From a virus (lineage: Duplodnaviria > Caudoviricetes): a DNA stretch of 45,762 bases. Each line of letters starts with the position of its first letter. Position 1 is the stretch's first letter. Position numbers and translations under genes: made by a program. This document shows positions 44,794 through 45,762 of the stretch, one piece after another. The notes beneath the pieces are model-generated. The model was not told the origin of the DNA. It saw nothing but the letters and a program-made list of their open reading frames with translations, and did not search any database. Where the stretch lies: IMG/VR virus record IMGVR_UViG_3300021490_000003, positions 1 to 45,762 of that record; one strand, written 5' to 3'.

Positions 44794-44926
44794 GGTGTCC
44801 ATGTGAACATATTTTCTAAACTTTACTTTTGTGTAAAAAGTTTCCTGTCAAAAACCGTCAGGTACTATGCCCTGGGGGTCTTAGGGGGCCTTTCGGCCGG
44901 GATTTTTGGGCAATATGGGCGTGAGC

Positions 44927-44955
44927 TTGACAACCCAGGTGTTTTGTGTTATAAT
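44927..44955 (+). promoter_or_regulatory. consensus sigma70 promoter (divergent, early)
   Basis: TTGACA, 17 bp, TATAAT, with extended -10 TG. Confidence 0.9.
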
Positions 44956-44974
44956 GGCGTTGCTCTTTGAAAAT

Positions 44975-44995
44975 GGAACGAACAATGTTCGTTCC
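44975..44995. promoter_or_regulatory. perfect inverted repeat; possible operator or 5' hairpin
   Basis: GGAACGAACA-A-TGTTCGTTCC, 20 bp downstream of the -10 box. Confidence 0.55.
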
Positions 44996-45047
44996 TACAT
45001 ATGGACGCTCTGTCATAATAAAAAAATAAATTTATGGAGGCATAATT

Positions 45048-45464
45048 ATGGCAGAGAAAAAGGAAAAATCCGAAAAGAAAAAGGAAAAATCCGAACGGAT
45101 TTCATGGGAACTGGTCAATAATGACCTGGTCATGAAATTAGGAGATACCACGCAAAAATTTGATATCACCGTGATATTTCCTGAATTTAAAAAGTACGAT
45201 GAAATCCAAAAAATGGTCATTAAAAATGGAATAGCTCAAAAGCTGGGCGATTCCGTGGCCAGGGATAAAGACCATGCCTTGACGGCCACTGAGAAGGTTC
45301 AGGTCATCAAAAAGACCTGGTACTCCATTGCTGTCGATAAGGTATGGAGAACTAAGGGAGTGTCAAAAGCCAAGGTATTGAAAGAGGCCAAGATGAAAGC
45401 CCAGGAATTGGTGAAAAAAGGTCTCCTCTCTGAAGAGGCTTTCAAAACATTGTTTCCGGCATAG
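45048..45464 (+). CDS. conserved hypothetical early protein; paralog of 4018..4374
   Basis: GGAGG RBS; shared IQ...G...K(L/I)GD..A...W motif. Confidence 0.85.
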   Translation: MAEKKEKSEKKKEKSERISWELVNNDLVMKLGDTTQKFDITVIFPEFKKYDEIQKMVIKNGIAQKLGDSVARDKDHALTATEKVQVIKKTWYSIAVDKVWRTKGVSKAKVLKEAKMKAQELVKKGLLSEEAFKTLFPA

Positions 45465-45473
45465 GAGGCTAAA

Positions 45474-45680
45474 ATGGTCAATATACAAGCCAAATACCTT
45501 AGCATAAGAAATGTGGAAGGTGACTATCTATCCATTATTCTACAAGACAGGTGGCTGTACATTAGTCCAAAAGGTCAGGTCTTGAACGAAGAGAAAGGTC
45601 ACTGGACAGAAGATGGTCTATTCTTTTTACTAAACGATGGTTCTTGTTTAGTTAGAAGCCATGTGTTTGTAGAACGATAA
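45474..45680 (+). CDS. hypothetical protein
   Basis: AGGAGG RBS. Confidence 0.7.
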   Translation: MVNIQAKYLSIRNVEGDYLSIILQDRWLYISPKGQVLNEEKGHWTEDGLFFLLNDGSCLVRSHVFVER

Positions 45681-45715
45681 ATAATCAACTGGCAGAGCGT
45701 CTATATGGAAGAAAG

Positions 45716-45747
45716 AGAGGCTATCAATTAGCCTCTTTTTTTTTTTT
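45716..45747 (+). terminator. intrinsic terminator
   Basis: AGAGGCTA-TCAAT-TAGCCTCT followed by a T run. Confidence 0.85.
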
Positions 45748-45762
45748 AGTCCTAAAGGACTA

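Overview
The window looks like an essentially complete ~45.8 kb tailed-phage genome with podovirus-like organisation (no tape measure or sheath gene recognised), about 38% GC by eye. It has two convergent arms. The + strand (44927 to the end, then 1 to 17014) carries early and replication genes: ATP-dependent ligase, PD-(D/E)XK nuclease, Sak4-like ATPase, SSB-like protein, ParB-DNA methyltransferase fusion, UDG-family A polymerase fusion, ThyX and a DUF3987-like helicase. The - strand (44793 to 17011) carries terminase, DUF5675 lysin, holin-like genes, a fibre module, portal, scaffold, N4-gp56-type major capsid, tail proteins and a 1781-aa LPD23-containing internal virion protein. I found no integrase, RNA polymerase, tRNA or CRISPR array; consensus sigma70 promoters are present. 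The most unusual features are non-coding. A 25-bp palindrome (AGAARRTKCAAWWATTGAAYCTTCT-like) occurs at six gene junctions, one directly in front of the ParB-MTase gene. Two intergenic stem-loops share GCCGCCTC, an anti-Shine-Dalgarno-like sequence. An 18-bp long-range duplex encloses the first operon. The giant virion protein has internal signal-peptide-like AEA-A motifs around its protease-like domain. All family assignments come from motif recognition by eye, not database searches.
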